A stretch of DNA of 64,000 bases from Octopus vulgaris (GCA_951406725.2 OX597822.1:14632001-14696000), one strand, 5' to 3'. Positions 25,363 through 40,338 are shown, counted from the stretch's first letter. Numbers and translations: made by a program. The notes: generated from the sequence alone by a model not told the origin.

Positions 25363-27324
25363 TGTGTGTGTGTGTGTGTGTATGGAGAGTGACAAAAAGA
25401 GACAGACAGACAGAGATATTGTACATAGAAGCATAAACACACATACGCACGCGCACACACACACACACACACACACGTGTGATGTAAGGAAACAAAAAAA
25501 TGCCAAATAAAAAAGGGACCACGCGAGCAGAGAAAATGGGGTTTATAGAAATATTGAGGGAGGCGGGGGAAACAGGTGGGGTGGACATACTAACTAGTGG
25601 ACGGGTGGAGCGATGTAGGGGAGGGATAAGTGGTTAGGGTGTCAGATGGGGGAAGTATTGGACAACAATATTATCGAAGGCATGGCTGAAATGTTAGTAC
25701 AATCAGTACGGTTAGTATTGTTAGTACTAATTCATATTACTTAAACTACCGTTAGGGTGAGAGTACCCTAAGTGGTCGCTAGGCCTGCTAGAAATAGCAG
25801 TCCAATCTCCCTCAAATTATGCTGTGTGGTTTAAAATTGGAAGGGCATAATGGATAATGATTCCTTCGATGTGCAACCGTGTTTTCTTACCCTTCGCAGC
25901 AAGTAACAACTGCGATGACGACAACGAGAGCGACAACAACACCAACAAGAAATAGAACAAGAGCAACAAGATCACCGACGATGATAATTCTTTTTAATTG
26001 TAGCACAAGATCAGTAATTCTAGGGGAGGTGTTAGTCGCGATTATATCGACCCCAGTGTTCAACTGATCCTTATTTTATCGACCTCGAAGCGATGAAAAA
26101 CAAAATCAATTTCGACGGAATAACAACAACAACCAGAACAATAATAATAATAATAAGCTTTTATTAATTTTTCTCCAATAAACGATGGATGTAAAGCTAT
26201 TGCAAGGACAGGTTAATCAAATCGCTGGAGTTTGGGATCAAGGGTGGAAAACAAACTTGTTAAAAAGTAGAAACATATATGTTGCTGTAGCGCTGATTCA
26301 AAACCGAACTGTTAGGTTGCCGGTCAGACATCACGATCAAAACACAGTAGTTTCACATGATCGATCTATTAAGCGTCCAATCAAATGAAGCCATTGTAGG
26401 ATTCAATATTCTAGAGTATTCTTCTTGTGCCCTATAAAGTGGCAGTTTTGGGCCTTAAATGCAGAATGTTGAGACAGCTGCTCGTTGTGTCTCTATTCTT
26501 ACCACATCCAGCAAATTAAGACAGATAGCAGAGAAAAGACACGAAATTTCCTCGCCACAAACATAGCGCAGTTCTTTTTCACTTGGGATGGGCTAGCCAT
26601 AGATTGTTGTATCAGTTAGCTGGTCGCAAACCATAAGCGATATATTTCTCCCAGAATGTAATCATTGTTGTTATTTGCAAAAGCCCAACACAAGTAAAAC
26701 TCTATGTACTGTAATAAAATATTCTGTTGTTACTCGTGGATGTTGCCAGTTATTTCTTCATGCAGCCCGAGAAATATGTTTTCGTTCTGCAACCCAAACA
26801 GTCATCATCTTAGATCAACCCACACCTACGGCAATATGAAATACTCCAGTCGAGAGAGAGGGATCTGTGAATAATCAGTGATTTCTAAATATTTAGACAT
26901 AGCCTTACTCCCAAAGGAAACAATCATCTCTTAACTTTGTTCCTCGGCTTCCAGGCGCTCTCTGGAATTAGGCTCATTCACCTACACTTCACAACTTCCA
27001 CTTAATTTTCACCAAATTCAGCAGAATGCAATACCTGAAGTGGAACTTGAAGTAGCTGATGGTGCTATATCGATGAAGGAAATATCTTTTCAATCAATCT
27101 TTTCGGCATTGTCAACAATACAATATGTTTCAACCAGACAGAGGAAACAGTGATCCTTCATCCGTGAAAACAAAGCAGCGTGTGATCTTCAAGATGGTCT
27201 TGGCTTATAACTGAAACCATCCTTCTCGTGATAATTGCTGTTCGATATAAATCCATGACTTAAATCATGCATATCCCAGATTGGTGATGAATGAATCAAG
27301 TGATAAACGAGGCTATATATATAA

Positions 27325-27760
27325 TAACAATTTAATAAATAAAACATATGCATACATACATATATGTACATACCTACATCTATAGGTATTTATACATGCA
27401 TATATGAGTACAGGACACCACAAATAAACGTAGAACACAACGAGAAACGATAACATAAAACCAAACAAGGAAACGGACTTTTTTTAACAACGAAAAAACA
27501 GAGTACAAGACAAACAACACAAGGAACATTCCCCTTCTTCTGCTGCCCTGTTTCGACTCAATGCGTGTTTCGAGGGTAAGGGCAGAACACGACCACGCCG
27601 AAGCAGTCCTTCCCGCAAAATGAATTAAATAAAATTCTTTTGCGGAGGGGTAAAAAAAAAGTGAAAGAACAGGATGTAAAAGCAATACAAATGAAGAAAA
27701 AAACAGTACAAATAAAGATAAAAACAGTAAAAGACAGGACAAGGAATCCAATAATAAGGG
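27325..27760 (-). mobile_element. Interspersed repeat, longer homologue of 3282-3514
   Basis: Shared GTACAGGACACCA..AACGAGAAACGA..TTCCCCTTCTTC sequence. Confidence 0.55.
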
Positions 27761-28089
27761 CTTTTTTTAAGCCTAGACGGTGGATAAATTTGTTAGAACG
27801 CATTCTGAAGATCGGCTTGCGAAGACAGAAAAAAGCCGATGTTGACTTGTTGAAAGCAGTGGGCAGAAAGAAAGTTTGTAGCTCTCCGGTCAGCGACGAG
27901 AGAGAGAGGAGGAGGAGGAGGAGGAGGAGGAGTGAGAGAGAGAGAGAAGAAGAAACCAGAAAGGGTGAAAAATAAGAAGGAGAGAGACAGGTAGAGAGGA
28001 AGACAGACAGAGACAGGGAGAAATGGTCAAGTAAAAAGTTGAGAGTGCGCGTCAGTGAAGTTGTAAGATAGCGCACGAGAGGAAATATA

Positions 28090-28382
28090 TATGAAAGAAG
28101 GTTTGAAAATGCAATTTTAAAAGGTGTTTATTCACTTGACCGGTTTCGCTTTTTTAGAAAAAGATTGTCAAAAGCAAAATGTAAAAGCTTTGTAAAACCT
28201 TTTTTGTGTTAAATACTGGTTGTCACAAGATATTACAATACATATATACATTCTTTGATAATAATAATTAAAATGTTAAAACAGTTTACAAGGAAAAATC
28301 TTGAGAAATTATTAAAATGTTCTTATATATTTTCAATGAACTTTTTAATAATTTCTCAAGATGTTTCCTTGTAAACTGTTTT
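28090..28382 (-). mobile_element. Probable PLE 3' fragment with a 45-bp fold-back at its 5' end
   Basis: Homologue of 6038-6262; arms 28278-28322 / 28338-28382. Confidence 0.55.
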
Positions 28383-29460
28383 ACAACAAAGTTACACATA
28401 GAGAAATACACATACCCATACACACAAACACAGGCACGCGCGTGCGTGTGTTTGTGTGTATATACGCAAAGAGCTTCATCACAGTTTCCGTTTACCAAAT
28501 CCACTCATGATGCTTCAGTCGGCCTGAGACTAAAGTAGAAGTCATTTGCCCAAAATGCCGCACCGTAGCATTGAAACCAAGTCTACATGGTTTCAAAGCG
28601 AGCTTCTTAACCACACAGCCAATCCTACTGCGCCTACAACAATAATTTATAAACAATTAAAGGCTTAAAAACCACCTCACTTAATTATTACAGTCTCGAG
28701 AGCTGCTGAAGGCCTGATATGAATAACACAAAACCTTTTGTATTTGATGTTTAATACAGAGCATTATAGAGCAACAATTCTCTTCAACGGTATCTTAAAC
28801 TATCTTGACCAAATGACTGGATGACTCTTGGCCTGGATGGCAGAAAAAACATCTCAGAAGAGAGCAATACATAATTAATGTAACAATTAGCCAGTAATCG
28901 ATAAATTATTTAATAGGGTAAATGCACATTTATGATAAAAAAAGAACTGGTTGCTTAGAGCCAAAGGAAAGCGTACAGAGCGAAATAGTGAGAGAGAGAG
29001 AGAGAGAGAGAGAGATGTGGGGGGGGGGGCAGACAGACAGAGAGACAGAGAAAGAGAGAGTGAGAATCAGGGTGAAAGGAGGGGTAACAAAAAGATTGTG
29101 AAAATTTGAGAATATTGTGACTGAATTAACTACAGTAAGACGTTATGTATAGTAGTATGTATGGTTGTTTGTGCATACATACATACATACATACATACAT
29201 ACATACATACATACATACATACATACATACATAAATACATACATATATACATACATATATAAATAGATATAATTAAGATTCAGTTGAATTAGGTACATAA
29301 GTTGAGACACCAAGTCAATCCAGTATTATCCACACAGCTCGAAGGTGAATAAAAATCAGATAAGTAACAAGGATGTCGAGGTATTAATGAGTTATGGTGG
29401 ACGCCCCCATGTGAGAAATGGGCTGGTCCACAACTTATAAATAGGGTTCAGTCACCGAGC

Positions 29461-30878
29461 CAGTTTTGTTAGTGTTAAATCATTTTTTATTCCGGTTGAC
29501 GTATACTTTGTTAAAGGTTCTTCCGCGCGGGTGAACCATGTTTTGTTGAATTTGCTTAATACCGTTGCTAGTTTTGCCAGCGGGTCTGTTAAATTTTGTG
29601 TTTGTCTTCTTCTCCATTTTGGAGCGAAGTAACTGATGAGAAAGGTGCAGATTCGCTAGAAGTGCGAGAAATAAAAATTGAACAGAAGAAGCTGAAGAAA
29701 CACTACAAGCTGATTCAGAAAGAGGGATCCAGTTTAAAACTACCCCTCCACACGAGGTGACAACAAGTATCAAGAAAAGAACAGTGGTGTACAGAACTCT
29801 ATTGACAACCACAAAGAAAATAGAGATAGCTACGGAAGAAGCAATTGAAGAATGTCTGAAGGAAATTAAGCACCTGACAACATTCTATACAAGAGGCAGA
29901 AAATATGGCACAGTGGAGATGAGATTTGCCAACAAACAGGAGTCAATAAATCACTCCACTGTGATACTGAAGACGGAAAATGGGTACTTATACCTACCTA
30001 CGGTGGCAAAAAGGGCTCCAGAGTGAGAATAAGTAGAGTACCACCAGCAATCAAAGAATGCACAAAACCGAGGAAGACGCCAAAATTCTAAAGGTGACAA
30101 GAACAAAGAAGGTAAATTATTGGGGATACGGACTAGAATTGATCATCCAGGTTGGGCAACAAAATCTAAATGAAATTGCTGAAGAAATAATACTACCGGA
30201 GGACTTAACGTTGAGGGTGGTGGTAGAAGGAACGCCACCAACTTGCTATCAATGAGATGAAAAAGGACATATTAGAATGAAGTGTCCCCAGAGAGAAAAT
30301 AAAAAAGAGGAAAACCAACAGGAGCAGAATGCCGAAGTGGTGGACCTAGAAAATGAAAAATGCACGAAAGAAGTGGAAGAACCATTTACGGAGGTAACCA
30401 AAAGAAAAAGAAAAGAACCAGTGAACACACCTCCGTAGAGTCCAAGAAAGAAAAAGGGGGTGAAACAGAATGTACACATTTTTCACTACGCGAACCTCCA
30501 ACAACACCAACAACGAAGGAAAAGGAAAAGGAAACCATCACAGACAACCCAAACAATCAAAAGACTCGGAAAAAACAAATGGCATATGGTAACATATACA
30601 AAAAGCACAGATATAGAAGGAAAAAAATCACCAAATTTAAATCGGTGATAAGAGTTAAATTACCGTTGGGACATTACACAGAAAGTACAAAAGCCATACT
30701 AATAGACAAAGAGATATACGAAAAATTAAAGGTATGGTTTGGAAACAAGGTGGACCCAATGGGAGCGAGGGTAGAGTTTGACGACCTACCGTCAGTTATA
30801 GATTATGACGACTTGTTGCCATATATAAAATGGTAAAGCGTGAATAAGCTTCAAAATTTGTTTAAAGACTATACATAC
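29461..30878 (+). mobile_element. Decayed ORF1/gag-like gene of a non-LTR retroelement
   Basis: Purine-rich frameshifted coding run with RRM-like segments and LRVVVEGTPPT-CYQ*DEKGHIRMKC, a CX2CX4HX4C knuckle whose second Cys is mutated to TGA. Confidence 0.6.
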
Positions 30879-31151
30879 GATATTAAAAGACCGAGGCTAT
30901 ATTAGAAGACACTTGCTCAAGGTGATACGCAGTGGAACTGAATACGGAAACATGTCGTTGGGAAGCAAGCTTCTTACCACACAGCCATTTTGAGTATATA
31001 CATATACTCAAAATATTTTACATGTATATTTTTATCAATATTTAGTAGAAGTAGCAAAGTGGCTCAATGTCCGAAAGTTTCGTGCGTTCGCATCAAATTC
31101 TCGGGCGTTGAGTTACATTATTACTTCTACTAAATTTAAATATTAATAAAA

Positions 31152-31233
<82 letters not shown>

Positions 31234-31235
<2 letters not shown>

Positions 31236-31418
31236 GAATGTTTACGAAAATAAACAAAAGACGAAGGCAGGTGGAGTACAAACAAACAAATGTATTAATA
31301 TAGCGCTCAGGAATAGAAATAGAAAAAGTCTTTTACGTTTCGAGTCTACGCTCTTCGACAGAAAGATACAGAGAAAAAAACAAGGAAAGAAAAAATGCGT
31401 GTAGGAGTTAACGATCTA
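31234..31418 (-). mobile_element. F2 HHR element; A6U motif at 31329-31366
   Basis: Reverse complement: TCTTT-CTGTCGA-A-GAGC(GTAG)ACTC-GAAACG-TA-AAAGA; TA flanks. Confidence 0.65.
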
Positions 31419-31657
31419 TATATATATACGACGGGCTCCTTTCAGTTTCCGTCTACCACACCCATACACTAGGCTTCGGTCGGTCCCAAGATTTGGAACA
31501 AAATTCATGCCTAAGGTGTCACGCTGAACCTGGATCCTTGCGGTTAGGAAGCAAACTTCTTACCGTACAGTCACGCCTACTGTTATATATATATGATTTG
31601 GATATATTTATAATTTGTTATCCATCTGTTTTAATTTAATTAAATTCTGTGTCTTTG

Positions 31658-31713
31658 TGCAGCTGAGGATTGCTCTACATTTAAATGGAGTTGCGTTAAA
31701 CGATCGTACTGCA
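31658..31713 (+). ncRNA. Type-I hammerhead relic (G12U) within repeat 31595-31835
   Basis: TGCAG-CTGAGGA-..-TAAA-CGATCG-TA-CTGCA; the homologue at 38972-38992 (minus) retains GCAT-GAAA. Confidence 0.6.
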
Positions 31714-31908
31714 TTACCTCTGGATACCCTTGTTGCTTATTTTGATTTTAATCTCCTAATTTTGAAATTGTGTGGATAATACCGTACTAAATTCTGGTGC
31801 CTCAACTTAAGTACCATATTCATATGAATCTAAATTTTTGCTGAACTCATCTCTCTCTTCCTCTCTCTCTATCTCTCTCTCTCTATATATATATGTATAT
31901 ATGTATAT

Positions 31909-31965
<57 letters not shown>

Positions 31966-32245
31966 TGTACATATATGTATATTTGTGTGTCTGTCTCCCC
32001 ACCCCACCATCGCTAGACAACCGATGTTGGTGTGTTTACGTCCCCGAAAACTTAGCAGTTCAGCAAAGGGTCCGATAGAATAAGTACTAGACTTACAAAG
32101 AATAAGTCCTGGATCCGATTTGTGCGACTAAAGGCGGTGCTCCAGCATGGCCGCAATCAAATGACTGAAACGTGTAAAAGAATAAGAGAAGAATACCACA
32201 AAAGAAAACAATTAGCCTGCACACACACACATACACACACACACA

Positions 32246-32303
<58 letters not shown>

Positions 32304-32447
32304 GGCATACACATGCACGCACAACACGCCAGACGATTCCAGACTATTAAGGACTCGCCGAGAAAGTGGGGAGCGTCACCATTGGTTACCAGCCAACGGA
32401 TAAGACAACGTTATTTAGACCAGAGCAAAGCACTCCTCTATCACCAG

Positions 32448-32478
<31 letters not shown>

Positions 32479-32517
32479 CACACACGCATATATATATATA
32501 TACACACACACACACAT

Positions 32518-32553
<36 letters not shown>

Positions 32554-32870
32554 GCATACACACACACGGACGCACGGACGCACCTATACACACTTTTCCA
32601 TGTAAATATGTATTTATACGCATTTACTTCAATATATGCAAACACAAAACCACATCCATATATATATACACACAATATTATATATATATATATGTATACA
32701 TACATATATATATGTACATACATATATATATATATACAATATTATATATATATATACATATATCTACATACATATATATATATATATATACATACATATA
32801 TGTATAAATATATATATGTATACAATATATATATATGTATATATATATATACATATATATATATATAAAT

Positions 32871-32929
<59 letters not shown>

Positions 32930-33729
32930 TAAATATACATACATATATGGAAACATATATATAGCACAAGCATATATGTATGTATATAGATATATACCTG
33001 CATGTACACACACTTACATACGCACACACACACACATGCTTGTATGTGTATAGTACACACTCTCAGCGCGAAACAGAGGAGCACCAAGGCGTACGTACCA
33101 ACACATTCACGCACGCAAGCACGCACGCGCACTTCCACATGCACACACCCACACAAAGAAACACGTACATGCCCCAGCATACAAAATGCACCCCAAAATC
33201 ATACCCCTTATACACATACACACACACACACTCACATGCACAATCGCGCGCGTAAATTAATCATTTGACTTCCACCATATTTTTTTCAGGGTTTTTTTTG
33301 AGAGGTTGGGGTGCGGAAGATATTTTTGTTGTTGTTGTTGTTTGTGTTGTATCTATTTAGTTTAGCCTTGTTATACACTGTGCACTTGGTGCAGCTGTTA
33401 GCTTGCATATTAAATCTGACCCCACTGTCAACGCGCCATTTCGCTTTCGAAAAAGAAATAAAAAAAGACCATTTCTACCGTCCGCCGACCTTCGACAACA
33501 CCACCCATCTACTTCTCTCTCTGTTTCCAATAAAAAAAACCCACCACCACCACCACCACCACCGCCACCATCTTTTCCGTTGCCCCTGCCGCCGCCGCCG
33601 CTCTCCTACTTGTCGTTGCTACCGCACTTGCCGCCGTCGCCACCACCACAACCACCATCACCACCAAATCCGCCACTACCACGACGGCGACGACGACGAC
33701 CGCCGCTACCACCATTATCACCACCAATA

Positions 33730-33964
33730 CCTATTTCTTTACTACCCACAAGGGGATAAACACAGAAGGGACAAACAAGGACAGACAAACGGATTAAGTC
33801 GATTACATCGCCCCCAGTGCATCACTGGTACTTAATTTATCTACCCCGAAAGGATGAAAGGTAAAGTCGACCTCGACAGAATTTGAACTCAGAACGCAGC
33901 GGCAGACGAAATACCACAAAGCATTTAGCCCGGCGTGCTAACGATTCTGCCAGCTCGCCGCCTT
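33730..33964 (-). mobile_element. Full-length SINE family B
   Basis: Reverse complement of the 10721-10951 consensus. Confidence 0.85.
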
Positions 33965-35399
33965 TTACCACTAACATCGACATTATCATCCTCATCGTTA
34001 CCACCACCACCATCCTTATGAGGAGCAGCAGTAACAACAACAACCACAACAGCAAGCCTATAAGTAACACAGTCGACACCCAACGAGGTTGTTGTTTGAC
34101 CTGTCAGAAACAACAGTCAAATTCTCTCAGTTCATTCCCTATCGTCTCCCCTTAGAAAATGGGAACGGTCAATCTGGACAGTGTTATTCTATATGCTTCT
34201 AAAAGCACCTAGATGGTCACGGTTGGAATGCATTTGATGACAGTTCTGCCTGTTCAACACTGGCCTGGGGCTGAACACAAATAACCACATCGTAAACAAG
34301 AACAACTACCACCAACACCACCACTACCATTACCACCACCACCATCATCACCACTAACACTTGCCACCCCCACCCCTATTAACATTGCACGACAAGCTAG
34401 AAATAATAACTAAATCTCTTGCATATAGCAATTTACGATCTTAAAAAGAAAAAGAAAGAAATTACATTCTTTTGCTTAAAGGAAAATGGGATGGTCATAG
34501 TTGGAATTCTATTCCTCATACACCTGCCAGCATGGAGCATTAAGAACGTCCGCCGTTGACGACCAATTGAAATATGGAAAACGCATCTTTGTAGCTTCCG
34601 TCAGTGTTTGCAATTTTGTTCCAGTAGTTCTTAAATTTGGTAAATGGATTAAGCTTTGTATACTAATTATGAAAATGAAATTCATTTCCCCTATAAATCC
34701 ATAATTAAAATGCTATTAGCCATTAAAATTTGCAAAATTTGGGTATTTTAGCGAGTATTTTACACATCACCGTGGCGAAGAAATCGGTTTCCATAGTAAC
34801 TAAAGGTGCCGCTCATGCGCACAAGGAGGAGAAGGAGATAGGAGAAAGATTATCTTCTTACTATAATAATACTCTTGTGTTTATCTCCGTCACAATATAT
34901 GAATGAGAAAGGAAGGTGTGATCGCAAACTGGTAGCGGGAGCGTTTCAGCTCTGTGTGAGTATATGTGTGTGCATGTAGAAGGGAAGTACGTGAATGTGT
35001 ATGTGTGTGTCAATAGAAGTGGGATGGTGAACATTCAACGCTGAAAAAAAAATCAAACAGCGTTTCATTTCTGTGTGAGTATATGTGTATATGTGTGTAG
35101 GTGTGAAAGTGAAGTAGCAATGTGTTAACATGCAGGTGACCCCACCGCCGTTCACTGATGATGGAAGAGGCAGCGAACGCGTTGTTTTCTGATTGGCCGA
35201 AAATTCTGAAAATTATCAAACTGAGAACATCTGTAACATCTTTGCAAAATTTTTCTGGAATAAATGAATAACAAATTCGGATTCAGCGTCACAAATTTTA
35301 AAGATAGTTGGTAAACAGTGACAAAACCCTCAAAGTTCCTGTAAACCTCGCCATTTTCATTACCACTATTAAACAGCCATCATCACCAGCGTCCCCAAT

Positions 35400-35757
35400 G
35401 GAGGCGCAATGGCCCAATGGTTAGGGCAGCGGACTCGCGGTTTCGATTCCCGGACAGGGCGTTCTGTGTGTTTATTGAGCGAAAACACCTAAAGCTCCGG
35501 CAGGAGGGGGGACGACCCCTCTTGTATTCTTTCGTCCCAACTTTCTCTCACTCTTTCTTCCTGTTTCTTGTCCCCGACTTCCTACGCAACCGCTGATCCT
35601 GGATGGGCATTCATCCATCCGTCGATGCTCTCGGTGTCGGGGGTTGACCTGCTTTCTCTTCTGCGGGTCTTACGAATAGCAAAAGGACCACGATTCGGAC
35701 TTCTCCCACTGCGAGCTCTGGGACGAAGACCGCTTCGCTCAACAGCAACAGCAACCA
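35400..35757 (+). mobile_element. SINE family C
   Basis: Colinear with 21498; possible target-site duplication CA(G/A)CGTCCCCA. Confidence 0.85.
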
Positions 35758-36682
35758 ACGTCCCCAGCAATTTTATCAACTAATTGCAAATGAGAGAGAG
35801 CGAGGTTAGCTCAACATCAGTGTCTCACAAAATGCGGTACGCAAGAGAAATTGCAAAGGTACACCAAATTAGAAATAAAACATAGGACCCCACCAACTAA
35901 ATGCAAAATGTATGAAGTTCTTCCACAACCATTTTACGGTTGTGTGCAAGGGTTTTCAGAAATATTTGTAGCACTAAATAAATTTTGAGTGAATGATATG
36001 CGGATGGACCTCTTTGAAACTGCGTTGAACTGAGTTGACCGATCAAATGAAGCAGTGTGACAGCCTGGTGGCCTGATGCTCTAAAGAACTCTTGTCACTG
36101 TATGATGGACAAAGTTGATTGTTATTTGTCACTAGTGTTCAAGTGGCAGATGATTGCTAAACGACTTTTACTCAACTCTTAGTGTATGAGCGTTCAGTGG
36201 ATGCAATACTTGGCTTTCTCTTTAAACTAGGGGTCCTTCAAAGCAGAAAAATGATCTTAACAATGCCTAAAGCATTATAAACAATAGCACTTGAGAGCAT
36301 AACCGCCGCCTTTATATCTCTGTAAAATAGAACATGTTGAAATTGCTTGCTGCTTGACAAGCAGTGCTGGTGTGCTTACGTCCCCGTAACTTAGTGGTTC
36401 GGCAAAAGCGACCGATAGAATAAGTACTAGCCTTAAAAAAATAAGTCCTGGAGTTGATTCATTCGACTAAGAAATTCTCGAAGGCGATGTCCCAGCATGA
36501 CCAGTGTTTAATGACTGAAGCAAGCAAAAGATTAATGATATATATATATATATGTTTGTGTGTGTGTGTGTGTGTGTGTGTGGCTGTGTGGTAAGTAGCT
36601 TGCTTACCAACCACATGGTTCCGGGTTCATACATACATATATATAAATCCATACATACATACATACATACATGCATATATAC

Positions 36683-36736
<54 letters not shown>

Positions 36737-37325
36737 CGAGCTTCTCTCAGTTTCCGTCTACCAACTCCACTCATAAGGCCTTGGTCGACCGGAGGCTATA
36801 GTAGAAGACACTTGCCCAAGGTGCCACGCAGTGAGACTGAACCCAGAACAATGTGGTTGGTTTGTAAGCCACTTACTACACAGCCACGCTTCCCCCACCC
36901 ATCTCTCTCTCTCTCTCTCGTTTTTTGCACGCTTTTCGGAAAGAGTGGTTTTGCCCGAAATATCAGGTCTAACTAAATATATCTAAGCTAACATTTCACT
37001 ATCCTCTGCTATTGTTATATTTATTTTATGCAATGATGTACGTGTGTTTGCTATCTTTAACGGATTGTTTTTAGTTAATAATTAATTACAGTGAAGAATT
37101 AAAACGTTTTCTCTAAATATGGTGACAAGTCTATAGATGATGCCGCACTTTATTAATTATAAAAATCTTTCTCATTCTTCTTCGTTCAACACTTTTTTGC
37201 CGAACCGCAACGTCACGGGTCATTAATTTTCTTTACTTAAAATTTATCTCCCTTTCCCCTTTCCCACTTTCTCATTCTCCTATTATCTCTTTTCATCTCC
37301 TTTTCTCTAACCATCGCTCTCTTTA

Positions 37326-37370
<45 letters not shown>

Positions 37371-37596
37371 TTCACACACGGACATCTATCCATACACTCA
37401 CACAAACATCCAAAGCCAGCCGTTGCAGCTTATTTATTGCGGTCTCTACTTCACACGTCATTGACTTTCGCCAGCCGATGCAGTTTGCCACTTTACCACC
37501 TCTTTCTTTCCCGCCTTCTCTCTCTCTATTCCATCCTCCTCCTGTTTTCTTTTTCTCTCTCCTCCTCTCATCGACTCCTTACACACTGTTTCATAA

Positions 37597-37642
<46 letters not shown>

Positions 37643-37644
37643 GT

Positions 37645-37828
37645 GGAGGCGCAATGGTCCAGTGGTTAGGGCAGCGGACTCGCGGTCGGAGGATCGCGGT
37701 TTCGATTCCTAGACCGGGCGTTGTGTGTGTTTATTGAGTGAAAACACCTAAAGATTAATCGACTGAATCCCTTTATCTGTCCTTGTTTGTCCCCTCTATG
37801 TTTAGCCCCTTGTGGGTAGTAAAGAAAT
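37645..37828 (+). mobile_element. Chimeric SINE: family C head plus family B tail
   Basis: Family C sequence to 37753, then TAATCGACTGAATCCC..AGTAAAGAAAT of family B. Confidence 0.7.
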
Positions 37829-38603
37829 ATATATATATATATACACACTCATATATATATGTGTATGTGCGTGTGTGTGTTTTTATGCGAGTAAGCGCGC
37901 ATACACACACACAAACACTCATACAAGCACGCAACAATACCTCAGCATAGCCACCCCACCGTTCATTGACTGAAACAAATAAAAGTAACGAGTTCATTTC
38001 ATTACAGCCTTCGTTTCCTCCCCTCCACCTACTCGCTTTCCTATCCCTCTCCTCCGATCGTCTGCTTCAATCAATTTCCTGCATCCTACATCCATCAGCC
38101 GCGACATTATTGAACAACGGCAGCAACATCAGCAGTAGAAAAACGGCAGAAACAACAGCAACAACAAACACTAATAAGAAAGAGAAAAACAAAAGGCACC
38201 GTTTTCGGTCGCCAAGCTCCGCTGACTGCTGGTCGGTTGGTTGGTCGGTGAGCAGCCAGTGAAGTGTTTAATAGTTAGATGATGATGGCCGGTGTTGTCT
38301 GCTACAGAGAAAATAGGGTCTCGCAGACGATGCTTCATTGCATACAACATCTGTTTGTAACAGAAAAACGCTACAACTGATTCTCACTGGCTTTATTGCG
38401 TTTACTATGGCTGACACTCACACATGTCTACGTCCCCAATGGACGGCGAGACATGGCCACTTTCACCATTTTGTTTTCTCCATTCATTTTGCTTTTATTA
38501 TAATTTCTTTACACGTGTGACCGTAACCGTCAGATATGTAAATAAGTATGTATGTATGAATACATGTAAGCATGGATGTATTTATCTATTCATATATATA
38601 TAT

Positions 38604-38697
<94 letters not shown>

Positions 38698-38698
38698 G

Positions 38699-38731
<33 letters not shown>

Positions 38732-38883
38732 AAATATATATCATGTGTGGATGTTTGAATGTGCTTATGTATATATTTAAATATACAATTACACAAACGC
38801 TATATGCAATAATGTTTATAGTCTTTACGTTTTATAATCTCCGTGTATGGTATATAATATTGACATAGAGCACGTGTTCCGCC

Positions 38884-38940
<57 letters not shown>

Positions 38941-39066
38941 AAATAAACAACAAGGATATCCAGAGAGGTAATGCAGTACTATCGTTTCATGCAACTTCAT
39001 TTAGTGGATATGGATAATACAGTACTAAATTCTGGCGCCTCAACTTAATTACCATATTCATCTGAA

Positions 39067-39158
<92 letters not shown>

Positions 39159-39170
39159 TACATATACATG

Positions 39171-39253
<83 letters not shown>

Positions 39254-39514
39254 TTGCGTTTATTGGCAATGAGAAAATTTATGCAAGCACGGGTTACGTA
39301 GTGCAATTATAAATACAGATAATGATACGTGCAAACGCGCGCGCACACACACACACATACATTCATACATGCATGTAGCCTATATTTTAAGTGGTTATTT
39401 CACGTTTGATTCCATTTGAAATAATTAATAAATATTTATAAACTTTTCACGCCGTTACTTCCAAATTGAGATTCGCTTAACCTCTCCAATAAAAAATCAA
39501 TTTATGGTTGCGTG

Positions 39515-39575
<61 letters not shown>

Positions 39576-39710
39576 TTGAATGTTGTGTGCGATGACAATG
39601 AAGAGGCGGGAGAAAGGAGTGAGTCTGGGCTAAGATGAAGTGAAGTGCGTTGTTTCATTGTAAGTTGCCAGACGACTGGGCAGAGAGGGGAAGAAAGATG
39701 GAGGAGGTGG

Positions 39711-39811
<101 letters not shown>

Positions 39812-39822
39812 CAGATAGATAG

Positions 39823-39933
<111 letters not shown>

Positions 39934-40338
39934 CACAAATAGTGACATGGAAGAAAGAGGAAGAGGGAGAATATGTGAGAGAGGAGAGAAAGACAGAGAG
40001 ATTGTAACAGAAATATAGTTACGCCTATAGGTCGACTTTGTCTTTCATCCTTTCGGTGTCGATAAAAAAAGTACGAGTTTTGCATTGGGGTCGATGTAAT
40101 CAACTTAATCCCTTTGACTGTCCTTGTTTGTCACCTCTATGTTTAGCCCCTTGAGGGCAACACACATATATATGTGTGTGTGTGTTTGTGTGTGTATAGG
40201 CGTAGCTGTGTGTAAGTAGTTTGTTCCTTCCCACCAATATGGTTCCGGGTTCAATCCCAATGCTTGGCATTTTTTCTTCTATCTTAGCCTTGGGCCGACC
40301 GAAGTCTCTTTGTTTATATATGTGCGCATCTTCTGTAA

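Noticed and set aside
27525-27580. Permuted (type II) hammerhead on the minus strand
   Set aside because: CCCTC-GAAAC and CAGAAGAAGGGG are present, but stems I/III and the cleavage triplet cannot be assigned in this copy.
27640-27975. Basic 111-aa ORF
   Set aside because: Built from an A-rich repeat end and (GAG)/(GA)n tracts; no domain recognised.
34540-35345. DNA-transposon-like element
   Set aside because: Composition suggests a non-autonomous element, but no convincing TIR pair or target-site duplication was found by eye.
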